This document shows positions 1 to 13,725 of a DNA stretch of 64,000 bases, piece by piece (position 1 is the stretch's first letter; each line of letters begins with the position of its first letter). A program made the position numbers and the translations under genes. The notes beneath the pieces were generated by a model. The model was not told where the DNA came from. It did not search any database and worked only from the letters and a program-made list of their open reading frames with translations. The stretch lies in assembly GCF_036971445.1 (NCBI RefSeq), contig NC_091469.1, forward strand, positions 317,688,001 to 317,752,000, read 5' to 3'. This stretch comes from Narcine bancroftii. Taxonomy: Eukaryota.

Positions 1-143
1 TAGGGTCTTCAAAAACTTTGGATTGACATTAAATAATTCAACATTTTGCATATACAATAGTGCAAACTATATTGAAAAAAAATTAAGATAAAACTGGTAT
101 TTTTGACAACTAATTAATATTAAATGCAGTTAAATGTACGTAC

Positions 144-407
144 TCAGTGTAGTCATAAGTTGATTGCTTCCTGGTCTGCTGGTACCATTTGTAGCAGCAA
201 TTCTGTTACTATAATTCTGCAGATGCTGTGGTTGATGGGATTGCAAATGGGCTTGCTGATGTGTTTGCACCTGTGGCAGTGCAGATGGGCGAGCTTCATT
301 TTCCACATCACTACTAGAGCTGTCATCACTGCCAGATGAACTTCCAGATTCTGAGGAACTGCTGCTGCTACTCATTTGTTCAATAATATCAACTTCAGCT
401 CTAAGTT
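144..407 (-). CDS. EAF1: EAF1 coding exon 5 (ELRAEVDIIEQMSSSS...GTSRPGSNQLMTTL); the final exon lies outside the window
   Basis: Translation matches the Ser/acidic C-terminal region of EAF1. Acceptor ttgcag at 408-413 and donor GTACGT at 143-138 on the minus strand; phase is compatible with exon 4. Confidence 0.93.
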
Positions 408-2545
408 CTGCAAAGTTCAAAAAAGATAAAAGATAGATCAAGCTCCAAGTATCTGAAAGCAAGTGTGCTCTACAATCTTCCACTGTTTGTGGGGGGTTGC
501 ACATCTGGAGTATTGTTAATAATTCAAAACTGCATTAGTGTTAAGAATGTCTGCCCTTGAGTTGAAGTTGGAACGGCACCAAGAGTGACATCCAGGAGCC
601 CTAGTGAAACTAAAGTCGATGGACATCACAAAGACACCACATAGGTTGAACTCTTATCTTGCAATAAAGGATGGTTATGATTGTTGGAGGCCATTTATCC
701 CAACTTAAGTGCATCAATATACAAATTCCTTGTGGCAACATCCTATGTCCAAACATCTTAAAGCTGTTTCATCATAATGGTCAGAAATTAGAAGAATTTG
801 CAACCAGTCTTGGTTGTAAAGGTTAAAATCTTGTGTTTTTTTTAAAACTCTTAGTTAATTTTGTGTCTCTCTTTAAGAGAGTTATTGTTTCCAGTGTTAC
901 TATAGTGACTATGATGTAATATGTCATAATATCAGTCCAAACTAACGACTTGCTCATTATTCTTCAGAATGTGAAGAAGCATGAGCACAAATGTTTCTTT
1001 GAATTTTGTCCTTTTAATTAATTTTGTCTCTTTAAATACTTTTTATGCATTTCTTAAAGCTAGTGTCTCTAAGATTTTGTATCATTATACAGTAAATGCT
1101 TTGTTATTCATTGTTATAAAAGTCTTAATGCAAAGTTATGCAAAATGTTTATGGGGTTTATCAACGAATTAAAGCAGCAGTCACAGTTGGATTTATTGAA
1201 GAGATTGAAATTCAGAATATCGTAGTTCCTGCTTTTGGAAGATGATACCTTGAAATTAGAATATATTAGAATAAGGAAAGTGTCGTCTATAATGGTTGGT
1301 GCAACACAAGTTAGAAAGCATTCAGGCATGGGCTGATGGGTGGCAAGAAACATTCACACAAAATAATTAAAGGAGTAGCTGAGTTTGAGAGATAGCGTAG
1401 GCATGAGAGGCGCAAGAAACAAGAGCAGGCAAGGCGAAGGGACCATGCAAGGGCAAAGGGTGAGAAGGTGAACAGAGGAAGGGAGTGATGCAGTAAACGT
1501 CTAACATCTCCATGACACAGGGTCCAGAATTGACATCTAGATGCTTCTTTTGATTAAAATCTATGGTTTTACTTCATGCATTGCCCACTTCTGGCAATTA
1601 TCCCGATGTAATTTCCTCTGCATTTTGAATAAAATAATCTATTTTTACTCACTGTGGCATCGTGATCCAGTCTCACATTGATCCACATTTTTCATGTTAT
1701 CCTGGCTCATTCCATTTATCTCTATCCAGCTTGGTCATAAATATCTAGAACAAGTGGAGAGGGGAAAGCAGCCAAACTTGAAATGGGCTCCTTCCCACTA
1801 ACTTAGGTTCCTGTGTCTTCTGCCTTGCAATATTTCATCCATTAAAAAAATAACTTGCCAACTATGCAATGAATGCTATCAAACCATTTGATGATGAGCC
1901 ACATAATTGGCAAAGACAAGGTGAGATTGGAAGAGTTAGAGCAGAAACACTCAGAGATATCCAAACATGATGAGAATTTTAAATTGTATCAATAGAGGTT
2001 ATAAAAGCAGACCATTTTCCATGGGACTGTCCAAGAACAAGGTTGGCAAGCTGAAATAATTTTGAGGAAAAAAATAAATCCTGAAAATCTTCTTCCAAAA
2101 AAGTCGAATCAAGATTTATTGTCATAGTAATAAAAGTATTACATGAAATTCATTTTTGCCTGCTGGAAAGCAGACAGATTCACCACCGGCAGGAATTGCC
2201 TAAGCACCTCTTACAGTCAGAGAGAGAGAGAGAGAGAAGCAAAAGAGAGGACCCCCCCCCCCCCAGCCCGAGTCACTGAGTGTCTGTTCATTCACCTCCA
2301 GCGCTTCCACAGCCACCCAGGTGTTTGTATAAGAAATCAAGGAACCAGATTGTCCTGAAAATCAAGAAAAAAAAACTGCAGATACTGGAATTCTAAAAGA
2401 AAAACAGAAAATGCTATAAAGGTCCAGCATTGTCAGGCTGCATCCAACAGAAGAGAAACAAAGTTAACATTTCAGGTTGGAGGACTCTTTGTTAGAACTG
2501 GGAAGGAAGGAAAGGAAGCTTGTTTAATTCCAGGGAGGGGATAAC

Positions 2546-2846
2546 CCCCTTTCACACTGGCACCTTAACCCATTAATTAACCGCCAATCTACTGGTTAAC
2601 ATGCGAGTGTGAATGTTCCCAAACCTGCATGCAGGGGGTGTCAAATCACCCCAGCAATGAACCGCCCAGTGTGATCGGGACAGGGGGTACACAGGACATC
2701 ACCGCTGGAGGATAGGTGCCCCTTTGCTCTGCAATGCCAGGTGGTGAAAGTGAAAGGGTGCAGAGAATCGGTTAACAATGGTCCAGTGTGAACGGCTCTA
2801 CCGGTATTTTACAACGCCAATTCAGTGGTTCGCCAATGTGAAAGGG
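2546..2846. mobile_element. MITE with terminal inverted repeats (TIRs), possibly PIF/Harbinger-like
   Basis: ccctttcacactgg at the left end and ccaatgtgaaaggg at the right end; non-coding. Confidence 0.5.
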
Positions 2847-3305
2847 ACATATGAGGGGTAAATTATGCCAGTTTGACCTGCCCAGTACATCTTCTAGCTT
2901 TGCATTTCACACTTCCTACATTACTTTATCCACACTCTCACTCCCTTGGTGCTCAAATTCACTCATTGACCAGAAAATCTTGTTTATGGCTCATCCCCAT
3001 CATCATCCCCTCCCACACCTTCACTGCGGCTAAATTTTCTCTCCTTCCTTAGTTATGTTAACGATCTACATGATGTACATGAAAGAAATGAGAGCCCAGA
3101 TTTATCAAAACCTCGAAATGAAACAGAATTGTAGCTTTGTAAAATAACTTTGTAAATGATTTCAGCAAGGCAAATACTATGGGTTAAACACATAAAAAAT
3201 GATACATTGTAAAGAAATGATGGGGCATTAATTACAAGGAAGAATGAAGAGGAAATGTACACAAAATTCCACATGCCTTTCCACACAGACCCTGTGTTTC
3301 TTTAC

Positions 3306-3472
3306 CTCTTTTTATATCATCGAGTTGTGGTTCAGGAGATGGGTTGTCCTTTGAGGGAGACGTTTTTGGCCCTGTACATGGCTTATTTGGGGCCCTAAAC
3401 TGCAAAGAAGGCTGAGATCTTCTCACTGCCTGTGATTCCAATTGAGCCTGGATTTTACTGCTTCCTTCAGCT
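3306..3472 (-). CDS. EAF1: EAF1 coding exon 4 (AEGSSKIQAQLE...KDNPSPEPQLDDIKR)
   Basis: Matches EAF1 motifs AEGSSKIQ and PKTSPxKDNPSPEPQLDDIKR; tttcag acceptor and GTAAA donor. Confidence 0.95.
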
Positions 3473-3569
3473 CTGAAACAATTTATAAAATAGTAAGGTT
3501 TAGACATTGATCACTTCAAACAGTAAAAAAATCCTTTTAAAGTAGCATTTCAAATATATATATATATAT

Positions 3570-4209
3570 CTTTTCTTCTTTCTTTCTTTGGCTTGGCTTC
3601 GCGGACGAAGATTTATGGAGGGGTTAAAAAGTCCACGTCAGCTGCAGGCTCGTTTGTGGCTGACCAGTCCGATGCGGGACAGGCAGACACGATTGCAGCG
3701 GTTGCAAGGGAAAATTGGTTGGTTGGGGTTGGGTGTTGGGTTTTTCCTCCTTTGCCTTTTGTCAGTGAGGTGGGCTCTGCGGTCTACCCACACTCCTGTT
3801 CGGCTCCGAATCATGGGTCCTCTACCGGCACCACCTACGGCTCCTAGAACGCTTCCACCAGCGTTGTCTCCGCTCCATCCTCAACATCCATTGGAGCGCT
3901 CACACCCCTAACGTCGAGGTACTCGAGATGGCAGAGGTCGACAGCATCGAGTCCACGCTGCTGAAGATCCAGCTGCGCTGGATGGGTCACGTCTCCAGAA
4001 TGGAGGACCATCGCCTTCCCAAGATCGTATTATATGGCGAGCTCTCCACTGGCCACCGTGACAGAGGTGCACCAAAGAAAAGGTACAAGGACTGCCTAAA
4101 GAAATCTCTTGGTGCCTGCCACATTGACCACCGCCAGTGGGCTGATAACGCCTCAAACCGTGCATCTTGGCGCCTCACAGTTTGGCGGGCAGCAGCCTCC
4201 TTTGAAGAA
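3570..4209 (-). mobile_element. 5'-truncated, 5'-inverted RTE-clade LINE
   Basis: 3570-3785 is the reverse complement of the 3' end of the RTE at 23118-23320; 3786-4209 is a direct copy of 22694-23117; (TA)n on both flanks. Confidence 0.93.
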
Positions 4210-5897
4210 TATATATATATAAAAATAAACAAATTGAACAGAAATTCTTGCAACACATGTTAGAACCAAAATTCTCCAATTTTCCACCTACTTTTCGCTG
4301 TGATCCGTTTTACCTGTCTTCCTGATGATATTGACTTCTCAGAAAGATTGGAGAAAAAAGAAAAGTGACTGTAAAAGAATTCCATTCCCTGGTTGCTTTG
4401 TGTTTTGTCAGACTTTAACCATCCTGTATCAAAAGGCTACCTAGTTGCAGGGGAGGGGGATAGTGGAGTTGTTCATCAGACTGATAAATGGCTTCAGTGC
4501 AACACAAGTCTGCAGACGTTGTAACTGTGGTGAAAACACAAATGCTGGAGGAGCTCAGCTTCCATAGAAGGTAAAAATGTAACTACCAGCATTTCAGGCC
4601 CAAGACGTCAGCGAAAGATCTTTACTTCCTATGGATGCTGCAAGACCTGCTGAGTTCTTCCAGCATTTCTGTGTTTTTAATAATAGCTTCAGCCAATGCT
4701 CAGGTTTTACAATTCAAGTGACCTGTTAAGATTTTAAAAAAAATAAAGACTGTGAAGAACTTGAATGCAAATGCCAGACCACTGAATTCTCAGACATCAC
4801 CTACAACTCTGAGGTTCCTTTTTCTTGCAGGTGAGGCAGAATTACCATATCAGTAGTGTACAAAAAAGCCTGCAAAAATAGGCCAGCACTACCATTAGGT
4901 AAACTAGGCAGCTGCCTAGGGTGCAAACCTCAGAGGGGCATAGGCAGAACATGCGAAACGTGAAAAAGTATATTTCATTTATTAGTCAGCGTCCCGCGGT
5001 CTGTTGGCTAGCTGGCTGGGTGGGTGTCCATCTTTATTCTTTTGCGCCTGCAATGGATTTCAGTACCATGGCCAGCAGGTGCATACGCGGTGGGCTTGCA
5101 GACAGGGGAATGTTCTGGTGCAAACGGCAGCTGCAATAGCGGCTCAGTTGATATCAAGTGGAGGACTGTGTGGAGGGCTTTGAAGGTAGGCAGGCCAGGT
5201 AGGGACAGTTGGCATGAGCCTACGATTTTGAGGCAGCTTAATCCCTCTGGTAGACTAATGTTTGATTTATTATATGCATCTTCTTGTGGTAGCCACACAC
5301 ATACAAATAAAAACATACAGCATATTTTCCCCATTCTTCTCACAAATGCCACAATGCTTGCCGTGCACACACATCACATGGGACCAAGTGGCAGTGTCTG
5401 CTTCACTACCGAACAGTAGCTCCATAGAGCCTGTCCTCATGCTCATATAATTTGCTGTGTAACTGGTTTATAAATAGATATCTGTGTTGATCCATGACAC
5501 TCATAACATAGCATATCTCTATTAAATTTCAGGAAACTTGGCTTTGACAGCAGATAAATGCTATCGCTTTAAGTAGTCAGGCCTATGAGTAGTTTCAATG
5601 CTTGTTGATAAAAGATACATTATTGGAGGTTTTAAATTAATTGTTTCATTATTAGCTTTGTTGTTTACTGCTGTCTTTTGCATTTTGTACACTTTAAAAA
5701 AAATCTTTTGTTAACTGTTAATGGAAAATACTTTTTATGCTAAATATATTTTATATTATGTTAAATATAATAGAGCTGCAAAATTTATGAAAATCTTTTA
5801 GGTCAGTAATTTTGTCTTATTCTTTCTTGCAATTTAAAATATATTTAGCAGTTTTAAGCTTTTTTTCTACAAAACATGCTTTTGAAAATCAAAGTGG

Positions 5898-6100
5898 TGT
5901 AGCTTGCGCGCTACTGAATGTAGAAAGAAGACACACGAGGAGTTGAAGTTGAAGACTGATTTAATGCACTGGCAGCTCTGCTTACATTCACTCCTTGCTG
6001 CTGACGTTGGGAGTGATGTCATGGCAGCGCCGATCTCCGATTGGGCGGCTTACTCACTGTTCCTTGCTGTTACCCACCTTGTGGGTGGTCACTTGCGACA
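5898..6100 (-). mobile_element. Solo LTR-like sequence related to the LTR at 21127-21504
   Basis: TGT...ACA ends; its reverse complement ends gtgtgtcttctttc...gtagcgcgcaagctaca, similar to 21475-21504. No clean TSD. Confidence 0.5.
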
Positions 6101-6149
6101 AAAGTCAAACAAAGAAATTTAAAAAAACAGACTGTGCAATAAGTGCAAA

Positions 6150-7580
6150 AGTAAATATCCTTAAATGAGTCCCTGATTGATTTTATTGTTGAGTCTGATG
6201 GTGGAGGGGTAGCAGCTGTCCCTAAACTGGTGTTGTGAGTCTTGTGGCACCTATACCTTTTTGCTGATGGCAGCAGCGAGAACAGAGTGTGTGCTGGGTG
6301 GTGTGGGTCTTTGATAATTGCTGCTGTTCTCTGACAGCAGCATTCCCAGAAGATGGTCAGGAGGGTTTTGCCTGTGTTGCCCTGGGTTGTGTCCATTACC
6401 TTTTGCAGGGCCTTGTGCTCAGGCATATTGGTGTCCCCACACCAGTCCATGATACAGCAGGAAAGCACACTTGCCACCACACATCTATAGATATTTACCA
6501 GGGTTTCTGGTGTCATAACAAACCTCCACAAACTCCTGAGAAAGTAATGGTGCTGACGTACTAACAATGTCATTAATGTGTTTGGCTAGGAAAGATCCTC
6601 TGAGATAGTGGCTCCCAATAACTTAAATTTGTTCACCCTCTCTCCCAATGATCAGTAGATCATACACCTCTGGTTTGCCCCTTCCTGAAGTCAACAATCA
6701 CCTCTGTGGTTTTGGTGACATTGAGTGCAAAGTGCACTATTCAGCCATGTTTTCAATCTCCTCCCTGTACGCTGACCCATCCCCATCCTTTATACAACCC
6801 ACTACTGTGGTGTCATCAGCAAATTTGTAGATGGTGTTATTGTTGTACCGAGCCACACAGTCGTAGGTGTAAAGTGAGTAGAGCAGTGGACTAAGAATCC
6901 AGCCCTGTGGTGTGGCAGCACTGATGGAGATTGTGGAGTTCCTAACAATGTTCTCTGATTTTGGTCTGGAGGTGAGGAAATCCAGGATCAATTAAATAGT
7001 GGGTATTGACACTCAGGTTTTGGAGTTTGCTGATCAATTTTGAGAGGATGACGAATGCTGAACTATAGTAGATAAAGATGTATGCATCTTTGCTGTCCAG
7101 GTTTTCCAGGGCTTTGTGTAGAGCCAGGGTGATGGCATCCACCTTAGACCCATGGCTATGATAGGTGAATTGAAATGGATCCACTTCATTGCTGAGACAG
7201 GACATGGTAGGATTCAACACCAGCCTCTCAATACACCATCGTTGTTGATGTGAGTGCCACGGGTCAAAAGTCATTTAGGCAGGAATCACACTCTTCTTGG
7301 GCCTGACTGAAACAGGTGGGTATCACGCCCTGCCGGAGTGAGATGTTGAAGATTTCTGGGAATACATCGGCAAGTTGGTCAGCACAGATTTTTAATACTC
7401 GACCGGGTACTCTATCCAGACCAGATGCTTTCCTCGGATTCACTCTCCCGAAGGTAGCCTGCACATCACCCTCAGATACGGACAGGAGAGGGTCATCAGA
7501 GAACATGGGAGCGCGCAGAGTTGGTATATTTCATGCTCTTGTGCTTGAATTGGGCATAGAGGGCATTGAGTTCACCTGGT
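6150..7580 (-). mobile_element. Decayed Rex1/Babar-type LINE RT region
   Basis: Fragmented ORFs VNPRKASGLDRVPGRVLK, PQGWILSPLLYSLYTYDC and KFADDTTVVG. Confidence 0.85.
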
Positions 7581-9687
7581 AATGAAGATTTGCCATCTCC
7601 CACCTTATTCTTACCTTGAGAGCACAATTTTAATTCAGTTCAACTCTAGCAAATGTCTTTAAAACTTGCATTATCATAAAAAGAGAAAACTCACCGCAGC
7701 ATTATAATTTGTTAACTTCCTGTGCTTTCCACACCAAGCTGCCTAAAATAAGGGGTTTCTTCTGGGAAACTAGGACAGTCACAATTGGAAAACTTGAAAG
7801 TCCACCATTAGGATGAACTGATGGGTAAACATTTACTTTTTCCAATTATGTTTTGACATTAAATAAGTAACCTGCTCAATACCCACATTTTTCTTTATGA
7901 ATACAGACTTCTGGAAAGCAGATATTTCAATAAATGGTACAGTTTAGTGGCACAGCCTCAGAATAAAATGTCCCTCTAGAACAGAGAGAGCCTTCTTCAG
8001 CCAGAGGGTAGTGAATCTGCAGAATTTGTTGCCACAGTCAGCTGTGGAGGCCAAGTCATTGGGTAGATTTAAAGTGGAGGTTGATAGGTACTTGATTGGT
8101 AAGAGTACCCAAGGTTATGGGGGGAGGGCTAAGAATGGGGTTGAAAGGACGAACTGATCTGGCGATTCGAATGGCAGAACAGACTCAATGGGCAGAAGAA
8201 TCTTTTTACTTCAGCACATGTACTTTCTTGATTTTCAAATTAATCATCTATTTACCCATGTCCTGAATAGACCGAGTGACTGAGTCTCCAAAGCCCACTT
8301 GGGTAAAGAATTCTAAAAGTTGATAACCCTTTGAGCAAAGAAACATTTTGATCGTAACCCAGGCCCTGAACATCATCGTTCAATCTTTTCAAGTTCTTTA
8401 AAAATGTCCTGTTTCGGGCTTGTCGTAGCGGTTAGCACAAAGCTTTTACAGCGCAAGCAATTGGGACTGGGGTTCGAATCCATCGCTGTCTGAATGGAGC
8501 CATTTTAACTCCCTTCTCCATTTCCACACCGATCTGTCGGTTGTTTGCCCTTTTCATTGCCAGGGTGAGGCCAAACACAAACTAGAGCAACAGTACCTCA
8601 TATTCTGCCAAGTAGTCCATGGCCCAAAGGCACAAACAATGAATTCTCCAATTTCAAATCAATCCCTTTGTTCCTTTCTTTCTCATTCTGATCAACCAAG
8701 GCTCGCTCACGCATATCCTTTCCAACACCCTGCCCAACCCAGTTACCTATTTCCCTTCCCTCATCTGATACCATCTGCCCATCACCCATATACTCAACCC
8801 ACTACTTCCCAATTCTTTACACATTCAGCCCTATTGAATCAAATCAAAATGTCAGCAAACCCTTTGCTTCACAGAGGCCACCTGACCTGTCCAGTTCCTC
8901 AGCAACTTGTTTTCTGCTCTAGATTTCTATATTTGCATTTTGTTGTCTCTCGAGAGAATTCTGAAGATATATCACACTCTAAGTGAAGATATTTGTCCAC
9001 ATCTCATCTCAAATGATCCATCACCTATTCTGAGATTTTGATGGTTGGTTCTGCCTTCATCACTTAGAGAGGGGAGCCATCCTCCCTGTCAAATCTTGGA
9101 TAAGTCTTGCATGTTTCAATGAGATAATTTATCACCTCTTCATTCTTTGGAAATACAGGCCTAATCTACACTTACTCCTTCTACCAAACCCAGTGTTCAA
9201 AGAAGCACTGCAGTGAACCTACATTGGTAAGCACATTTTTCTTTAGGTAAGTAAGACCAATATAATTCAGAGGGACATCTTTGCCCTTGTACATAAATTT
9301 TATTATAATGAAGGCATGTTGTACCCTATGTGGTAACGTTTAGACTTCCCATTCAAAAACATACTTTAAAAAAAAATCAAAGTGGTTATCTTGTTTTTTG
9401 CATGTTCTTCTCCATTCACTTTTATCTCACAACTCTTGCTTACATCCAACCTGGCATTATTAACAAAAAGAGTAGTGCACTTAGCCCCTCATCCACATCA
9501 CTCATGTGAACAAGAAACTCCCTCCAAGATACAATAAATACAGATTTCAAATTTATTCATTGCAGTCAGATTATCACATATAATTTTTTTTAAATAGTCA
9601 ACACCATTTACAGCTGAGAGAAGCTGTGTTATAATTAGTCACACGCAAATTACACAGTTTCAATTCAAGAAGACTTTGTATTCTCAC

Positions 9688-9824
9688 CTAGTTTTCTTCA
9701 CCTGTATACTGCTGCTGAGCTTTTCAAGCACAAACTCTCCAGTGTCGTGGTTAATGATAAGTACACAATCCTTCTGATATGGCCTTTTATTACCTTTGAA
9801 CACTGTCATCGGTGGAGTGGAGCC
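9688..9824 (-). CDS. EAF1: EAF1 coding exon 3 ([46 protein letters not shown])
   Basis: Read manually on the minus strand (not in the ORF track); 137 nt with AG acceptor and GTGAG donor; EAF domain sequence. Confidence 0.96.
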
Positions 9825-10139
9825 CTGGTAACCAAAAATATATTATTGCAGTCCAGCTTTACCCATGTTTGAGAAAATCATTAAAGTACTGGTAGCATCC
9901 CCAAGCATTCTAAGTGATCCTGATAACATTTCCTTCATTACACAGGGGCTATTAAAAGGCATATTAAAGAAAAAATGTTGTACATCAAAAATAGATGAGC
10001 ATATATACTTATTTCCTATTAATGTGGTTGTTTTTTTGGATGAGTTAAATATGCCTCAAATTAAATAAACTGGCACCCCTTACAAAGCCAAGTTGAAATT
10101 TAATTAAAAGAAACAGAAAAATCCATATTATTTCAAAAG

Positions 10140-10930
10140 CTGTGTGCATTGGAGTTGTGCCTGGCCACACAGTCAGGGGTGTAAACGAGTAGAGCAGTGG
10201 GATAAGCACGCATCATTGGGGTGCGCCTGTGTTGATAATGGGTGAGGAGACGTCTCCAATTTGTACTGACTGTGGTCTTCTGATGAGAAAGTCAAGGATC
10301 CAGTTGCAGAGGTGGGTTCAGAGGCCTAGAATTTGTAGCTTCTTGACCAGGACTGAGAAAATAATAGTATTGAAGGCCGAGCTGTGGTCGACGAAGAGCA
10401 GAGTTGCTGTTTTTGAGGTGATCCAGAGCTGAGTGGAGAGCCAGCGATATTCCATCTGCTGTGGAGCGATTGTGATGATAGGCGAATTGCAGCAGGTCCA
10501 GATCTTTACTTAGGTATGTGTTAATTCTGGCCATGACCAGCCTCTCAAAGCATTTCATCAGTAAGAAGTTAGTGTTACTGGGCGGTTGCCCTTTTGAAGC
10601 AGATGGGAACCTCTGACTGCAACAATGAGAGGTTGAAAATATTCAACCATCTAGTTAGTTGGCGCACATTTTCAGCACCCTGCCAGGTACGTTGTCAGGG
10701 CCTGATGTCTTACAAGGGTTCACCCTCTTGAATGATGTTCTGACATTGTCCTCAGAAACAGATATCACAGGGTCCTCAGCCTTTTAAGGGATTCTAATCG
10801 GCACTCTTTGGTTCTTCTTCTCAACGTAGAAGGTGTTCGGCTGACCAGGTAAAGAAGCATCACAACCATCTATAGTGTTCATTCTCGCTTTATAGGCTGC
10901 ACTCCCTAGCATAGCTGGCATGTATCTGTC
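10140..10930 (-). mobile_element. Decayed Rex1/Babar-type LINE fragment
   Basis: MKCFERLVMARI...LQFAY..NRSTADGISLALHSALDHL, an RT motif region. Confidence 0.8.
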
Positions 10931-11668
10931 TCTGTCTCTAGCTTCCTACTTTTAAAATTCAAACTTAAGGAGAAATAAAGATGAACAGGTAAATATTGAT
11001 ATTTTATTCATTCGCAAATACAGCATGCTTCAAATGCCACTGTACACTTGTGGTGCTTATGCATGCATCCACGCAAAAGCCTGCTAAATTTGAAAAGTTT
11101 TAGTTTTCAAAAAGTCCAGATTCTTGGGAGGTGCAGATTTCTGGCATCTGGATTTTTGGACTTCTACTGTAAATAGAAACTGAATTTATTTGACTCTTAA
11201 ATAATTTCAGCAGTCATTTCATTTCACTGTTTGGCTGCTAAATGCTTCCCCCCACCCCCCCCCCCCCCCACCCCACCCTAGTCAGAACTGAACTTCTAAC
11301 TGTTCATTCAGTAACCACACCATTTAGGAATCGGGGATGCAAAATGAGGAGATCTGGGTTTAAAATGATAAGGAAAGATTTAAGAGAGACTTGGAGGGGA
11401 AACATTTGCCACATAGAGAGTGGTGGGTATGTGGAATGCGCTGCCAGAGGAAACTATAGCAGTGGGTACAATTTAAAGAACATTTAGTCAGAAAACATTC
11501 GGAGGGATATGGATCAAACACAGGCAAATAGGACTAGTTTAGATCGTTAAACTCACCTGTCTTGACAAGTTGGGCCAAAGCATGCGTTTCCAATTTTTAT
11601 GGCTCTTATTTTTTTATTAGACATTATTTATATAAAACATTGGCTTTATTTTTTAAATGCAAACTTAC

Positions 11669-11763
11669 TGGGATGTGTGGTAAAGTTATGGTGACTTGAT
11701 CACCTTTTCCAACTTGCAGCTCACCTTCGCAAGACGTGTCAATGGATGCTGGTTTAAAGTCAT
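11669..11763 (-). CDS. EAF1: EAF1 coding exon 2 ([32 protein letters not shown])
   Basis: 95-nt exon with ctttcag acceptor and GTAAGT donor; frame continues from exon 1. Confidence 0.96.
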
Positions 11764-13725
11764 CTGAAAGAAAATAGAAACACAGATTAATTGCAAAGAG
11801 AAAAAAACCTGAAGCAATCCCTTACTCATCACAGAGCACCAATGGCATAGTGGTATGTGAGTGGAAAGGAAAAGGTTGAGAACCACTGATTTAAACTTTC
11901 AATAACTCGTCCTGGGGGTGATTTTTGGTTTCACAGCAGATCATTTGAATTTATGGGTTTTTTTTTTAATGATCTTTTCTTTTTAGGGGTAGATGGGAGG
12001 GAGGGAGTGATGGCAGGGGGAGAAATTAGGTTTATTTACACACATGCATTCTTTTTTATATACAATTCAGTATTAACTGAAATGCAATTGTGTTTTTTTT
12101 TAATTTCTTAAATAAAATATTTTTTAAAAATTACTCAACATGCAGCAAAGGTATATGATTTCTAAGTACAAAGTATTTTTCAGCGGAGGACAGAGGGAGT
12201 TTTGCCCAAAAATGATTGCTATCAAGGGAGAATTAAGAGTATGTGGTGACGACGATCGAGCCGACGACCACAACAAAAGGCCAGCAGCACTGCCTCAACA
12301 AGCGAACTGGCAGGTGAACTGCAAGGGTAGCTTAAAGGCCATCAACCCCAAAATGATGCCGGCCTTGCTACGCAGACAACAGACAGGGACAGCACATGGG
12401 GAAGAAGGGCATTGTTATGCAGGAAAGTACCTGGGCACAGGAAACCCACTTTTGTTATGCATGTTGTGACGTCAGCTAAGGAGGGGGGGATGGGGACACA
12501 GCGGGAAGGTGCAAGTATAAAAGTCAGGCCTGAGCCCTAATAAATCTCAGAGCTTAACCTGACTACAATACGCGTGTGTGTCTTCACAGCTAACCTGCAT
12601 GGGGCAAGGATCTTCTCCAAGGTGGACCTCATGCAGGGATATCATCAAATCTCGGTACACCCTGATGATATTCCAAGACCGCCATCATCACCCTGTTCGG
12701 CCACTTCAAATTCCTCTGAATGCCGTTCAGGCTAAAGAAGGCTGCACAGACGTTCCAGCGACTCATGGACGCAGTGGGCCGAGATCTGGATGACACCTTC
12801 GTGTACCTGGATGTCATCTTGGTGGCAAGCATATGGCGCACATCCACAACCTCTACACTCGACTGAGCGAGTTCTCCCTGACGATCAACCCAGCCAAATG
12901 CAAGCTCAGAGTGGAGGCCATCAAGTTCCTCGGCCACAGGATAACCAGGGAAGGAGCCACACCACTATCCAATAAAGTGGGGGCCATCCGAAAGTTCCCC
13001 AAACCCAACACAACCAAGAAACTACAGGAGTTCGTGGGGATGATCAATTTCTATCACACATTCATCCCCTCAGCTGCCTGGATCATGTGGCCCTTGTAGA
13101 GTACAGAGCACATCAGAATGACCCCACGTCACTAGCCAAGAAAGATGCCTTTGCCAACGCAAGAAGAAAGGTGCAGAAAAAACTTTGTGAGTTGCAGGAC
13201 ATCTGGTTCAGCAAGGGCAATGAAATCCATGGCTGTGCAGACAGCCACGACATAAAGCGCTTCTACGATGCGCTTAAGGGTGTATACATACCCCAGTCCT
13301 CAGGCTCCTCACCCCTCCTCAACGTAGATGAGACGCAGCTGCTGACAGAGAAGAAACAGATTCTGGAACATTGGGCTGAGTACTTTTAAAAACATCCTTA
13401 ACCACCCTGTGTAGAGCTCGTTGAAAGAACCAAAGACTTGTTGATCCAAACCAAGGCTTTTATTAGCAAAAGACAGGAGCTCTTCACAGGTGGCCGACCA
13501 GTCCGGAATGATCCGACCTGGCTAGGGACACAACCCTTTAAGGCCCAGACAGTAGGCGTGGCTTAACTCTCAGCCAATCGCTGTAAGCACAGTCTAGATA
13601 CTGTAACTATATACACTATATACATTGGTGATAGATCTGTACTATCACATTCACCCCTTCTTGGAGAACTGACCCTGGAAAAAAAAACCAAACAAACGAG
13701 GGACAGAATGAAAGGAAGGGGTAGG

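Noticed and set aside
4880-5450. Cluster of 60-130 aa ORFs in EAF1 intron 3
   Set aside because: No recognisable motif or convincing splice signals; probably a decayed transposon fragment that I cannot classify.
8420-8500. tRNA-like A/B boxes
   Set aside because: No complete cloverleaf; matches the SINE head also seen at 45745.
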